A stretch of 64,000 nucleotides of DNA, from contig CBFHOE010000004.1 of assembly GCA_965657355.1 (NCBI GenBank), positions 129,160 through 193,159 on the forward strand. Direction: 5' to 3'. This DNA comes from Limisphaerales bacterium. Its GTDB lineage: Bacteria; Verrucomicrobiota; Verrucomicrobiia; Limisphaerales; JAJOIW01. Both the position numbers and the translations under genes were made by a program. Each line of letters starts with the position of its first letter. Positions within the stretch are counted from its first letter, which is position 1. Below, in pieces: positions 46,859-57,194 of the stretch. The notes beneath the pieces are model-generated. The model had not been told where the DNA came from, did no database searches, and saw nothing but the letters and a program-made list of their open reading frames with translations.

Positions 46859-49800
46859 TCAGGCGCGTGTTGGGAATTTTGCTCGTTCTAGAGCTTGATA
46901 AAGGTCGTCAAACTTCATGGGCTTCGAAATATAATCATCCATCCCTGATTGCAGGCACTTCTCCCTATCTCCCTCTAGTGAGTGGGCTGTTAAAGCTATA
47001 ATCCAAGGTTGACCCTCAAGTAGTTCCATTTTGCGGATTTCTTGAGTTGCTTGGTAGCCATCCATTTCTGGCATTTGGCAATCTGTTAACACGATATCAA
47101 AGCATTCTTTCTTAAATTGATCCAGTAATTCGGCTCCGTTTTTCACCAAAACTGTTTGAAGTCCCATCTTTTTTAAATAGCGTTTGACTAATGCCGCATT
47201 CACCAAATTGTCTTCAGCCGTAATAATTTTCGTTTTTGGAGGAATTGGTGAGCTCTCTAAAGGCTCAGAAATTTGAGGCCTACTAGCTTCTCTCGGATTC
47301 GCGTCGTCAGTCTGGGCGTTTGAATTGGTAGCAGAATCCTCGCCAGCATAGAGGTCAGACATTTGAAACGGGGTAAAGAGGACGTGATCCGAATCAAGTT
47401 CTTTTACTTCATCGTAATAGGAGGAGTCTGTCGCTAAAACAACGCCTATTTTATTTTTGCCTTTGCGAATAGTTTCTATTGTTGATTTAAATTCTTCCTT
47501 ATCCGATGGATTAAAGCACAGCATTGCAGCTGCATTTGTTAAGACTTCGTTTTTATCGACCATTATGAAATCACTCACAGATTTAAATTTGTGGATTTTA
47601 ATTTTTTGGCGGATCAATCCTGATGCATAATCCCAGTCGGTTGGACAAAATGCCTCAAACATAATGAGATTATCCTGTTTGATTTTCTTTTTATGCGGGA
47701 CTTTAGGTGTGAGAACATTGGTCAATTTAACCGAAAACTGGCAGTTCGTTCCTTGACCTAATGTGCTTTTCAGAGAGATTTCACCACCCATTATTTCAAC
47801 GAGTCTTTTACAGATAATCAAACCAAGGCCTGTCCCACCTTTTTGGCGAGTCATTGAGTCATCAGCTTGCTGGAAAGGCTGGAAAAGATGAGGCAACTCA
47901 TTCTCATGAATGCCGATTCCTGTATCCTCTATCTCAAATTTTAAGATAACTTCTTTTCCAGAAACTTTCTCAACATCACATATAATTTTAATGGAGCCCT
48001 TCTCGGTAAATTTAATAGCATTCGTGATGATATTTAAAAGAACTTGAATTATTCGGGTTTCGTCCCCGTATAGGACTAACGGCACATCTTTACCCACTTT
48101 TGAATATAAACGGAGATTCTTTTCTTTCAGATCATATCTGGTCATTGAGATGACTTCATCGATGACATTCTGAATATCGAATTCATTCAAACGAAGTTCC
48201 ATCTTCCCTGCCTCGATCTTTGAAAAATCTAAAATGTCATTGATAACTCTCAGTAGGCTTTTTGAGCAATCCTGTATGGTTGCAGCACATTTTCTATTCT
48301 CGCTATCCAATTGCGATTTGAGCAAAAGGTCTGCCATACCTACAACACCGTTCATTGGTGTTCTTAGTTCATGAGACATGTTCGCCAGAAATTGACTTTT
48401 CGCCTTATTTGCCGATTCCGCCAAATTCCGGAGTTGCTCCTCTTTCTGCAGCGTTTCTTTTAAGCGTGATGTTTGCCTTTCCACTTGGGATTGCAGTGTG
48501 TTTACCCAAACTGTAGCTAGTATAATCAGCGCTGCGATGGTAATTATGATTGAGGGCCCCAAACTGCCCAGAGCACTTTTATACCTGCTTATGACACCGA
48601 TGTCTGTAGCATTGTCTACCAGAATAATAGGTAAACTTTTTTCTCCACTATCGTCGATTGGGCTTGATATATCCGATGCAATCCCAATTAAACTAATCAG
48701 CGAGGCATCGGTAAGACTTAATTCATCTATCCTTTCATTGTAATCCTCAACTTCGACCAAATAATTATGATCCGCGATTTGTATTTTGAAACGAGCTCTA
48801 CCCTCGTCCATTTGGAGGGAATCCTTGACCATGGATCCTGAGATGTTGTATCTGGCTAATGGTTCTAATGTTTCCTTGCCAATAATTTCGTTCATTCCAA
48901 TTGGTGGGTAGGGAATCCTTGCATTGGAAAAGTTAATCTTGAAGATCTGACTAAATATTTTCTCATTGATTTCATTGTAATAATATCTGACATCATCCCC
49001 CTTTTTGTATGGGAAAACTGTATTGGTAAAGACTTTGATTCGCTTACCTATTTCTTCTAATACGACATATTCATTGCCGACAAACGTCACGATGCCAGTT
49101 CCCTCTTGTGACATAAAGCTGCCCCTCGCAGGACCTTCACGATTTGCCTCATTAATCATGAGATCCAAGTCCAACTCTTTTCCATTCTTGGTCAATTCTA
49201 ATTGATCAAGTGAAAGTGCATTAAGTTGAAGCGGGTAGGGAGGCAATAGGTGGTCCGAAAAGTAAATACCTAAATTCCCAATGGCTTTGGCGCTCGATCC
49301 GATTAATAATTCGGAAAATCGCAGAGGGATTATTGATTTTAAATAAACCGAGATGGTATTTGGGGTTCCTTTTTGCCGACCGTGTAAAACAGTGCCATCA
49401 GGCTTGATTGTTACCCCTTCGACAACCATATCAGTTTTAATTAATGCACAATCATGGGCGATTATATCGATGTCTCCAACATTAATATCCAATGGAGTGA
49501 GGGGCGATTGAGACGACTTGATTTTAACGCTTTCTGGCCTCAGGACTGGCAAAAAATCCCCTGGAACGATTTTTGTTGTTAATATTAACTCATCACCAGT
49601 TTTTATTTCTCCCATTTTATTATAGCCACCAACAAAAATGCCTTCCCAACCGTCAATAAGAAAAAAATATTTATACGTTTCATGCACGAAACCGACTGTC
49701 CCACCAATTTGGTATGTCGCTTCATAATCTAATCCAAGCCCTGCTTTGAGTTCGGATATTTTTAATTTGTTTAAACTTTGTTCGTTTTTGGAATCGTCGT

Positions 49801-49918
49801 TGCTCGCAGAATCCCCAATATCGAGAAACTGACCAATCGAATCGGGCAACGCAGCACACAGCAAAAAGAAAGAAATGAACTGTGCTACTAAACTTGATCT
49901 AGTTTTGCTTAATCGCAT
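46859..49918 (-). CDS. Hybrid sensor histidine kinase / response regulator with a large periplasmic sensor domain
   Basis: 1019-aa ORF. It has a signal-like N-terminus, a ~450-aa extracytoplasmic region and a TM helix ([16 protein letters not shown]). Kinase motifs: H-box [12 protein letters not shown]-box [13 protein letters not shown]1 EDTGIGI and G2 GGTGLGL. A receiver-like middle region is followed by a C-terminal receiver ([16 protein letters not shown]). Confidence 0.88.
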   Translation of the reverse strand: MRLSKTRSSLVAQFISFFLLCAALPDSIGQFLDIGDSASNDDSKNEQSLNKLKISELKAGLGLDYEATYQIGGTVGFVHETYKYFFLIDGWEGIFVGGYNKMGEIKTGDELILTTKIVPGDFLPVLRPESVKIKSSQSPLTPLDINVGDIDIIAHDCALIKTDMVVEGVTIKPDGTVLHGRQKGTPNTISVYLKSIIPLRFSELLIGSSAKAIGNLGIYFSDHLLPPYPLQLNALSLDQLELTKNGKELDLDLMINEANREGPARGSFMSQEGTGIVTFVGNEYVVLEEIGKRIKVFTNTVFPYKKGDDVRYYYNEINEKIFSQIFKINFSNARIPYPPIGMNEIIGKETLEPLARYNISGSMVKDSLQMDEGRARFKIQIADHNYLVEVEDYNERIDELSLTDASLISLIGIASDISSPIDDSGEKSLPIILVDNATDIGVISRYKSALGSLGPSIIITIAALIILATVWVNTLQSQVERQTSRLKETLQKEEQLRNLAESANKAKSQFLANMSHELRTPMNGVVGMADLLLKSQLDSENRKCAATIQDCSKSLLRVINDILDFSKIEAGKMELRLNEFDIQNVIDEVISMTRYDLKEKNLRLYSKVGKDVPLVLYGDETRIIQVLLNIITNAIKFTEKGSIKIICDVEKVSGKEVILKFEIEDTGIGIHENELPHLFQPFQQADDSMTRQKGGTGLGLIICKRLVEIMGGEISLKSTLGQGTNCQFSVKLTNVLTPKVPHKKKIKQDNLIMFEAFCPTDWDYASGLIRQKIKIHKFKSVSDFIMVDKNEVLTNAAAMLCFNPSDKEEFKSTIETIRKGKNKIGVVLATDSSYYDEVKELDSDHVLFTPFQMSDLYAGEDSATNSNAQTDDANPREASRPQISEPLESSPIPPKTKIITAEDNLVNAALVKRYLKKMGLQTVLVKNGAELLDQFKKECFDIVLTDCQMPEMDGYQATQEIRKMELLEGQPWIIALTAHSLEGDREKCLQSGMDDYISKPMKFDDLYQALERAKFPTRA

Positions 49919-50137
49919 TATCTATCGCTAACCCTAGTAAATATTGATAATGTTAGGAAGTTTTAACTTCAGGGTTTATCCATAACATCGAAATAAGTCG
50001 GAATCCAAAAACGAAATATTGTTTCCGCAAAAAATTTGTGGTCTGGACAACTTTCACTTATCAGTAATTTAAACTTTAAAATATAGTTAAAAAAAGCTGC
50101 AAAACTTTTTAATACTATTTATTATTACGCATTACCT

Positions 50138-53100
50138 ATGAATTATTCTTTAACTAAAAATCGCTACGATTGCATATTTCACGGGCCTATTTGGACTTTG
50201 ATCATCGCGATACTCACCTTGGGCATTCCTTTTGACTCAGTTCGGGCTCAAACCGGAGCCAAGTGGATTTGGTCAACCAACAAAGATGAGGCACTCCCAA
50301 ACGAGACCGTTTACTTTACAAGATCCTTCGATCTCAAAGATAAAGTCAAATCGGCTCAGCTTTACATCTCATGCGATAATACTTTTACAGCATGGATCAA
50401 TGGTCAAAAAGTGGCCCAAGGAGCGGATTGGAATAACCCGGTCTCCGTGAATGTGTCAAAGTTTATGAAGGCCAATGGATCCCAGTTACTGTCCATAAAA
50501 GGCGGGAATGATAACGGCAACACTGCAGGCCTGCTCGTCGACCTTCGGGTGTCGCTTAAAAATGGGAAAATACTTGCCATAAAGTCTGATGGACAATGGA
50601 AATGGTCTAGAAAAGTTTCAAAGGGGTGGAATAAACCAGGATTTAATTCAAAAAACTGGGCAAATGCCAATGTCAGTGGGGCGTATGGTATTTCTCCTTG
50701 GGGAAAAATCGGATCAGGTTCAAAGCCATCAGCGCCTGATAACAAAAAAATATCCTCAGGACTGGAAATTGCCAAAGGGTTCAAAATTGATAAAATATAC
50801 GATGTTCCCAAGTCGAATCAGGGATCGTGGGTCGCATTAACGATCGGACCAGACGGAAAACTTTTGGCAAGTGACCAAGGAGGAATGGGGCTTTTTGAGA
50901 TTGATGTGGATAGCGATGGAAATCTCAAATCTGTTGAAAAATTGCCAATCGACATTTCGGGAGCTCAAGGTATGACATGGGCCTTTGATAGTCTTTACGC
51001 GCATGTCAACGGTAAAGGGTTATACCGGGCATTCGACAAAGATAATGACGGTCAGCTCGATTCAGTCGAAATGCTTCAGGGTCCCAATGGCGGTGGAGAG
51101 CATGGAAACCATGCCGTGATACTCACTGAAGACAAACAAGACCTTTACGTCGTCGCTGGAAACCACACAAGCGTTCCCAAATTCATAAAGAAATCGAGGA
51201 TTGATATGGACTGGAAAGAAGATCTTTTGCTGCCACGGCAATGGGATGCACGTGGCCATGCACGTGGTCGACTCGCACCGGGTGGTTGGATTGCTCGAAT
51301 CAATGAGGAAGCCAACGATTGGGAAATTGTCAGCATTGGTTACAGAAATCAGTATGACGTCGCCATAAATAGGCATGGTGATATGTTTACTTACGATGCT
51401 GATATGGAATGGGATATGGGATCACCTTGGTATCGCCCAACTAGAATTTGCCATGTGACATCTGGGAGTGAATTTGGTTGGAGGAGTGGCACCGGAAAAT
51501 GGCCTTCATATTTTGAAGATTCTCTTCCATCAACTGTTGACATTGGCCCAGGGTGTCCAACTGGTGTGGTATTTGGCACCGGCGCTAAGTTTCCCGCTAA
51601 ATATCAAGATGCGCTTTATGTCCTGGACTGGACTTTTGGTACCGTTTACGCAACGCATCTTATTCCTGACGGATCGAGTTACAAGGCGACGACAGAGGAA
51701 TTTATCACGGGAAGCCCTTTTCCTGTAACGGACGCCATAGTCGGGCACGATGGTGCTCTTTACATCACTGTTGGTGGTAGAGGTACCCAATCAGCTTTGT
51801 ATAGAGTCACCTACACAGGTCCCGAGTCGACTGCTCCAGCAACGGGAGGACTCGACGAAAAGACTCGTTTGGCAAGGAGTAAAAGATTGCGATTGGAGCA
51901 ATGGCACAGACCAGACGCGCCTCCCGCTGTCAAATACATCTGGCCAGAACTATCTTCCAGTGATCGTTTTATTAGATATGCCGCAAGAGTGGCTCTTGAG
52001 CACCAGCCTGTTGACAGCTGGAAAGAAAAGGCGTTTTCATCCAAAAATATCCAAGCGGTTATCTCTTCAATTATTGCATGGGCACGTCAGGGCGATACAA
52101 GCGACTATCATAGAGCTCTCAAATCACTACTCACCATAGATTTAAATGATTGCGACAAAGGCCAAATTTTAGGTCTTTTGAGAGCTTATTCATTGTGTTT
52201 CATAAGGCATGGAGAGCCTTCCCCCGAACTCAAAAATGCCATCATCAATCATTTACACCATATTGATACTGAAAATGATAGAGACCTACAATCGGAGTGG
52301 GTGCGATTAAACGTTTATCTTGATGGCCCGGATGTCGTGGAAAAAGCCCTCGCATTTATTAATGATGATAAAAAGGAAAGGATACCTTCTTGGGGTGGCT
52401 TGATTGCTCGAAATGCTCGTTATGGCGGGACCATATCTCAGATGCTTTCGAATATGCCCCCAGCAAGTAAGATATACATAGCGTTCCATTTAAGAAACGT
52501 TGAGTTCGGATGGACGGTCGAACAAAGGAAACAGTATTTTGATTTTCTTTCCACGGCATCAACCCATAGTGGCGGTGCTAGTTACAGGGGCTTTATCGAT
52601 AATATTCGCAAAGATGCATTGGCGAAATGCTCAGATTCCGAGCTGGCCGCTTTGAAAGATCTCAACAGTGGTCAATCGACGCAAATAGCCGTTTTCAAAT
52701 CGACCCCGCCCAAAGGGCCAGGCCGAAACTGGACGGTAGACGCTGCCGTTTCCGCAGTTAATGCCTCAGGCTCCAAGCCAGATTTTGATTCAGGTAGAAA
52801 TCTTTTCCACGCCACTGCTTGTTCGGCTTGTCACTTGTTCGCTGGTGAGGGTGGCGCCATAGGCCCTGACCTTTCGTCTGTCAGAAATAAGTTCTCGGTC
52901 CATGACTTGGTCGAGAGTATTGTTGAGCCTAGTAAAGTCATATCAGATCAATACGGTTCTTCCATAGTGAATACAAAATCTGGTCAGGCTTTGCAGGGGA
53001 GAGTCATCTCTCGCATGGGCGATGACAACCAAGTGGATAGATACGAAGTCTATTCTGCTGATCCTGAAGCAAAGCCTGTTGTTGTGAAAGCCTCAGACGT

Positions 53101-53233
53101 CAGATCAGTCAAAGAGTCGCCAGTTTCCCAAATGCCGCCTGGTCTCATGAATTCGCTTAATCCATCTGAAGTTAAAGACCTTGTGGCTTATCTTCTTTCA
53201 AGAGGGAATAAAAATGATCCTATTTATCAATAG
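50138..53233 (+). CDS. PVC-type heme-binding (CxxCH) putative membrane-bound dehydrogenase with an N-terminal lectin-like domain and HEAT-like repeats
   Basis: 1031-aa ORF with a signal/anchor. The N-terminal domain reads GAKWIWS...FTAWINGQKV. A beta-propeller-like middle region follows (GPDGKLLASDQGG, GHDGALYIT). The C-terminal cytochrome c motif is CSACHLFAGEGGAIGPDLS...LVESIVEPSKVISDQY. Confidence 0.75.
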   Translation: MNYSLTKNRYDCIFHGPIWTLIIAILTLGIPFDSVRAQTGAKWIWSTNKDEALPNETVYFTRSFDLKDKVKSAQLYISCDNTFTAWINGQKVAQGADWNNPVSVNVSKFMKANGSQLLSIKGGNDNGNTAGLLVDLRVSLKNGKILAIKSDGQWKWSRKVSKGWNKPGFNSKNWANANVSGAYGISPWGKIGSGSKPSAPDNKKISSGLEIAKGFKIDKIYDVPKSNQGSWVALTIGPDGKLLASDQGGMGLFEIDVDSDGNLKSVEKLPIDISGAQGMTWAFDSLYAHVNGKGLYRAFDKDNDGQLDSVEMLQGPNGGGEHGNHAVILTEDKQDLYVVAGNHTSVPKFIKKSRIDMDWKEDLLLPRQWDARGHARGRLAPGGWIARINEEANDWEIVSIGYRNQYDVAINRHGDMFTYDADMEWDMGSPWYRPTRICHVTSGSEFGWRSGTGKWPSYFEDSLPSTVDIGPGCPTGVVFGTGAKFPAKYQDALYVLDWTFGTVYATHLIPDGSSYKATTEEFITGSPFPVTDAIVGHDGALYITVGGRGTQSALYRVTYTGPESTAPATGGLDEKTRLARSKRLRLEQWHRPDAPPAVKYIWPELSSSDRFIRYAARVALEHQPVDSWKEKAFSSKNIQAVISSIIAWARQGDTSDYHRALKSLLTIDLNDCDKGQILGLLRAYSLCFIRHGEPSPELKNAIINHLHHIDTENDRDLQSEWVRLNVYLDGPDVVEKALAFINDDKKERIPSWGGLIARNARYGGTISQMLSNMPPASKIYIAFHLRNVEFGWTVEQRKQYFDFLSTASTHSGGASYRGFIDNIRKDALAKCSDSELAALKDLNSGQSTQIAVFKSTPPKGPGRNWTVDAAVSAVNASGSKPDFDSGRNLFHATACSACHLFAGEGGAIGPDLSSVRNKFSVHDLVESIVEPSKVISDQYGSSIVNTKSGQALQGRVISRMGDDNQVDRYEVYSADPEAKPVVVKASDVRSVKESPVSQMPPGLMNSLNPSEVKDLVAYLLSRGNKNDPIYQ

Positions 53234-53261
53234 TCATTCGGCCATTTAGATTAATTCCAAA

Positions 53262-53300
53262 AAACAAAAAAAGGCGTCCTGCGGTGGGCGCCTTTTTTTT
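53262..53300. terminator. Bidirectional rho-independent terminator between convergent genes
   Basis: GGCGTCC (53273-53279) pairs with GGGCGCC (53286-53292): 7 bp including one G-U pair, with the 6-nt loop TGCGGT. An A-run lies upstream and T8 downstream. It overlaps the rhomboid stop codon. Confidence 0.8.
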
Positions 53301-54231
53301 AAGAAATGTAAATTACAGCCAACGCCCACGAAGCCCATACTATAATTAGAAAAATAATAAGTGACATTATGTTGACTAGATTTTGATAACCATTTCCTCT
53401 GGCTAACGATTTTTCGAGAAAGAAACTCAAAACAATCCCTAATAGCAATCCGGCAAGGTGAGCGACCCAATTGGAGGCGGGGTTCAATCCCATCAAGCCA
53501 AACAATGAAACGACACCGATTACGGATCGATGCTTTCGAAATAAGGATATAAGCTGCTTTGAATTTGGCCCCAAATTTGTTGCTTTAGCAGATGCCATAA
53601 GACCCAACGAGCCAAATATCATTCCTGAAGCACCGAGAGACGTCCAGTTATGCTGAGAGGAAAATTTATACATGCAGTAAACACAATTGGCACCAATCCC
53701 AGACAAAAGAGAAAAAAGGAGGCCAATCCCTGTTCCATGCCTCCAACAAGCTAATGAGATAAATACGAAGCCAAAGATTAAGTTTAATGATAAATGCTGT
53801 AAATCTCCGTGCAGGCATATTGACGTGATGAGCCTAAAATATTGGGCCTCATTAATTGTGGCTGTGTTTAATATGCCAAGTCGATTCAATTGAAAATCAT
53901 CCGCGGGGGAGACGACGAATAAAAATGCCAAAAATGCAAGCCAACCTAAAACGATCCCGTTCATGAAAATTTTCAGTGAAATTGACCCCTCTAGCCCCGA
54001 TTGATCTGAAATATTGCTCAGTTCAGTCTTCTGCTCCAATTTCAGGAGACTCAAAAGGTGTAAGCTTTTTCTCTCATCTGTTTGACAGACAATCACACCC
54101 CATTTCCTTTCACGCTCGACAAAATTGGGTATGCAATCAATCCCGTAAGAAAATAATGTCAGAGCCAGGTCCATACATTCCTTTTTCCCCGAGGTCGTGA
54201 TGAATGTCATATCTGAGGAATTATCTATCAT
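53299..54231 (-). CDS. Rhomboid-family intramembrane serine protease
   Basis: 310-aa ORF with an N-terminal soluble domain and then 6 TM helices. Motifs: HGDLQHLSLNLIFG, catalytic GASGMIFG and histidine HLAGLLLG. Confidence 0.8.
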   Translation of the reverse strand: MIDNSSDMTFITTSGKKECMDLALTLFSYGIDCIPNFVERERKWGVIVCQTDERKSLHLLSLLKLEQKTELSNISDQSGLEGSISLKIFMNGIVLGWLAFLAFLFVVSPADDFQLNRLGILNTATINEAQYFRLITSICLHGDLQHLSLNLIFGFVFISLACWRHGTGIGLLFSLLSGIGANCVYCMYKFSSQHNWTSLGASGMIFGSLGLMASAKATNLGPNSKQLISLFRKHRSVIGVVSLFGLMGLNPASNWVAHLAGLLLGIVLSFFLEKSLARGNGYQNLVNIMSLIIFLIIVWASWALAVIYIS

Positions 54232-54415
54232 TTAGTGAATAAAAAACGGGAGGCGAATTCCGGTTTGCCATTTCATCATTTGACAATTGTAAGAGAATTC
54301 TGGTCACAATGGTTCTGATCGGATAGAAATATCCATCTATAAAAAAAATGGACTCGAGCTGGTTATCAAGAATCGTTCATATTTTAATAATAACCAGTTC
54401 ATTATCTAATAAAAA

Positions 54416-57112
54416 ATGACAAGTAAGGATATTAGAAAGTCGTTTCTAGAATTTTTCAAATCAAAGGATCACTCAATAGTAGAGTCTTCCAGCCTTATGC
54501 CAGATGCTCCGAATCTGCTTTTTACCAACGCTGGCATGAATCAATTCGTTCCATATTTTTTGGGAGAACAAAAATGCCCATATGATCCCCCGCGGGCCGC
54601 TGATACTCAAAAATGTATTCGAGCTGGGGGTAAGCATAACGATTTGGAAGATGTGGGTATGGATACTTACCATCACACATTTTTTGAAATGCTGGGTAAT
54701 TGGAGCTTTGGAAATTATTTTAAAAAAGAGGCTATTGATTGGGCGTGGGAGCTTCTCGTCAATGTTTGGAAATTCCCGGTAAACCGGCTCTATGCCACGG
54801 TTTACTCTCCGGATAAAAAAGCTGGTGACCCCAGCGAATTTGATCAAGAAGCTTATGATATTTGGGCTGAAAAATTTGTCTCGGTCGGGCTCGACCCAAC
54901 AATCCACATTGTAAACGGAAATAAAAAAGACAATTTCTGGATGATGGGCGAAACGGGTCCATGTGGTCCATGCTCAGAAGTTCACGTTGATCTCACAGAG
55001 AGTGGAGATTCGCTTGGCAAACTTGTCAACATGGACAGTCCTGAATGCATTGAAATTTGGAACCTCGTCTTCATCCAATACAACGCTAATCCTGATGGAA
55101 CATTTACTGACTTACCTGCTAAGCATGTTGATACCGGCATGGGGTTTGAGCGGGTCGCAAGCCTCATTCAAAATACGGAACACTTTACAAAATTTGATGG
55201 CCTCATCTCTAATTACGAAACAGATGTGTTTCGTCCTATTTTCGAAGCCTTGGAAAAATTAAGTGGTAAAAGATATACATCAACATTACCCGAACTAGGG
55301 CAAAAAGAATTTGCACCACAGGAAAAAGAAGATGTTGCTTTTAGGGTCATTGCAGATCATATCCGGACATTAAGTTTTTCGATCGCGGATGGAATTCTTC
55401 CAGGGAACACTGATAGAAATTATGTTTTGAGGAGAATATTGCGTCGAGCTGTCCGTTACGGGCGAACTTTAGGTTTCACGGAACCCTTCTTTTATAAATT
55501 GGTTCCCGTTTTGGTTGAGCACATGGGAGAATTTTTCCCCGAACTCGCTAAACGACAGTCTGCTATTGCAGAAACCCTGCTTGAAGAGGAGAGATCATTT
55601 AACAAAACTCTTGATAGAGGAATACAACTATTTCAAGAGAATACCAAAAATCTGTTATCCGGTGATCGGCTATCCGGAGAAATCGCATTCAAGCTATACG
55701 ATACCTACGGGTTTCCTCTCGATCTCACTGAATTAATGTGCAGGGAAAATGGCTTCGGTATTGATATGGATCGTTTCGATGCCTTGATGGAGGAGCAAAA
55801 GCAAAGGGCGCGGGGCAGTCGATCCAATAAGGTTATAAGTGTCACTGATATTGATACATCAGTTCAGACCGAGTTCGTAGGATTCACTAATCACAAATGT
55901 GAAAGCATCGTAAAAGATGTTGTGGATGTGAATGGTGAAAAAGCAGTGATCTTTGAAAAGTCACCTTTCTACGCCGAGATGGGTGGTCAGTTGGGAGATA
56001 CCGGCCGACTCATAGTAGAGAGCCAACAATTTGGTATTCGCAATACGACGAAAGTCGAGAATACCTTTCTTCACTTTATTGAAGGCAACCAAGAGCCAAA
56101 TGTAGGAGATCTGGCCACATTGGTCGTCGATTCTGAAAGAAGGCGGTCGCTTGAGAGGCACCACACAGTGACTCACCTACTACATTGGGCTTTGCATGAA
56201 ATCGTAGGTAGAGAGGTTTCTCAAAAAGGTTCTTATGTTGGACCCGACAAATTAACCTTCGACTTTAATTCCAAGCCGCTTACGGCTCAGCAGGTGGCTG
56301 ATGTAGAAAAACTGGTTAACCAACGCATCATGGAGAATGCTGAAGTCTCATGGTTTGAGACTCCTTATAGCCTGATTAAAGATAATCCTGAAATAATGCA
56401 AGCCTTTGGAGAGAAGTATGGAGAAACCGTAAGAGTTGTTCATATAGGAGGAGATGCCAAAAAGTTGAATGGCTTTTCCATAGAGCTTTGTGGCGGTACT
56501 CATACATCTCGGACTGGTGAAATCGGCCTCTTCAATATCATCAGTGAAGGTGCATCTTCCGCTGGTATCAGAAGAATAGAAGCTATCTCAGGTTGGCCTG
56601 CATTCGAAAATGTAATAGAAATCGAATCTAAATATCATAGCATTGCATCAACCCTTGGTTGCCCTGTTGCCGAGATTTCAAGAAAAGTTGAGGCCCTGAT
56701 TGATTCCAAAAAACAATTGGAAAAACAGCTCAAGTCCATGAGGCAATCTCAAGCTGCTGATCGTGCCAAAGACCTTTTGCAAGGTGTTGAAGATATTAAT
56801 GGATTAAAAGTAATATCGTCTGTTGTCGATGGTGACGGTGATATTGGGCAAGCCATGACAGAAGCTATTAAATCTAGTTTTAAAGGAATTGTCTTATTAA
56901 TTGCTAAAGATGAGGGGAAACTTTCATTGCACGCTTCGGTCAGTAAAGAGCTGACCCAAAAAGTAAAGGCAGGAGATATTATTAAAACCGTAGCTCCTGT
57001 AGTTGGTGGCAAAGGTGGTGGCAGACCGGACAGCGCTCGTGGAGCTGGATCGAAACCACAAAATGCTCAATTAGCTATCACAGCACTTAAAGAATATATC
57101 CAGAAACTATAG
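54416..57112 (+). CDS. alaS: Alanine--tRNA ligase AlaS
   Basis: 898-aa ORF. Motifs: FLEFFKSKDH, LFTNAGMNQF, RAGGKHNDLEDVG, FFEMLGNWSFGDYFK-like, HTVTHLLH and ELCGGTH (editing-domain Zn site), plus a C-terminal DHHA1-like GGKGGGRPD. Confidence 0.96.
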   Translation: MTSKDIRKSFLEFFKSKDHSIVESSSLMPDAPNLLFTNAGMNQFVPYFLGEQKCPYDPPRAADTQKCIRAGGKHNDLEDVGMDTYHHTFFEMLGNWSFGNYFKKEAIDWAWELLVNVWKFPVNRLYATVYSPDKKAGDPSEFDQEAYDIWAEKFVSVGLDPTIHIVNGNKKDNFWMMGETGPCGPCSEVHVDLTESGDSLGKLVNMDSPECIEIWNLVFIQYNANPDGTFTDLPAKHVDTGMGFERVASLIQNTEHFTKFDGLISNYETDVFRPIFEALEKLSGKRYTSTLPELGQKEFAPQEKEDVAFRVIADHIRTLSFSIADGILPGNTDRNYVLRRILRRAVRYGRTLGFTEPFFYKLVPVLVEHMGEFFPELAKRQSAIAETLLEEERSFNKTLDRGIQLFQENTKNLLSGDRLSGEIAFKLYDTYGFPLDLTELMCRENGFGIDMDRFDALMEEQKQRARGSRSNKVISVTDIDTSVQTEFVGFTNHKCESIVKDVVDVNGEKAVIFEKSPFYAEMGGQLGDTGRLIVESQQFGIRNTTKVENTFLHFIEGNQEPNVGDLATLVVDSERRRSLERHHTVTHLLHWALHEIVGREVSQKGSYVGPDKLTFDFNSKPLTAQQVADVEKLVNQRIMENAEVSWFETPYSLIKDNPEIMQAFGEKYGETVRVVHIGGDAKKLNGFSIELCGGTHTSRTGEIGLFNIISEGASSAGIRRIEAISGWPAFENVIEIESKYHSIASTLGCPVAEISRKVEALIDSKKQLEKQLKSMRQSQAADRAKDLLQGVEDINGLKVISSVVDGDGDIGQAMTEAIKSSFKGIVLLIAKDEGKLSLHASVSKELTQKVKAGDIIKTVAPVVGGKGGGRPDSARGAGSKPQNAQLAITALKEYIQKL

Positions 57113-57140
57113 GAATTCCTTTTTTCTTTATATACATAAC

Positions 57141-57177
57141 AAAAAAGAGTGGGTAACTATGTCGCCCACTCTTTTTC
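57141..57177. terminator. Bidirectional rho-independent terminator after alaS and the convergent phosphatase gene
   Basis: AGAGTGGG (57146-57153) pairs with CCCACTCT (57165-57172), with an 11-nt loop. It is flanked by AAAAAA upstream and TTTTC downstream. Confidence 0.8.
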
Positions 57178-57194
57178 TTGATATTCGCTACTAA

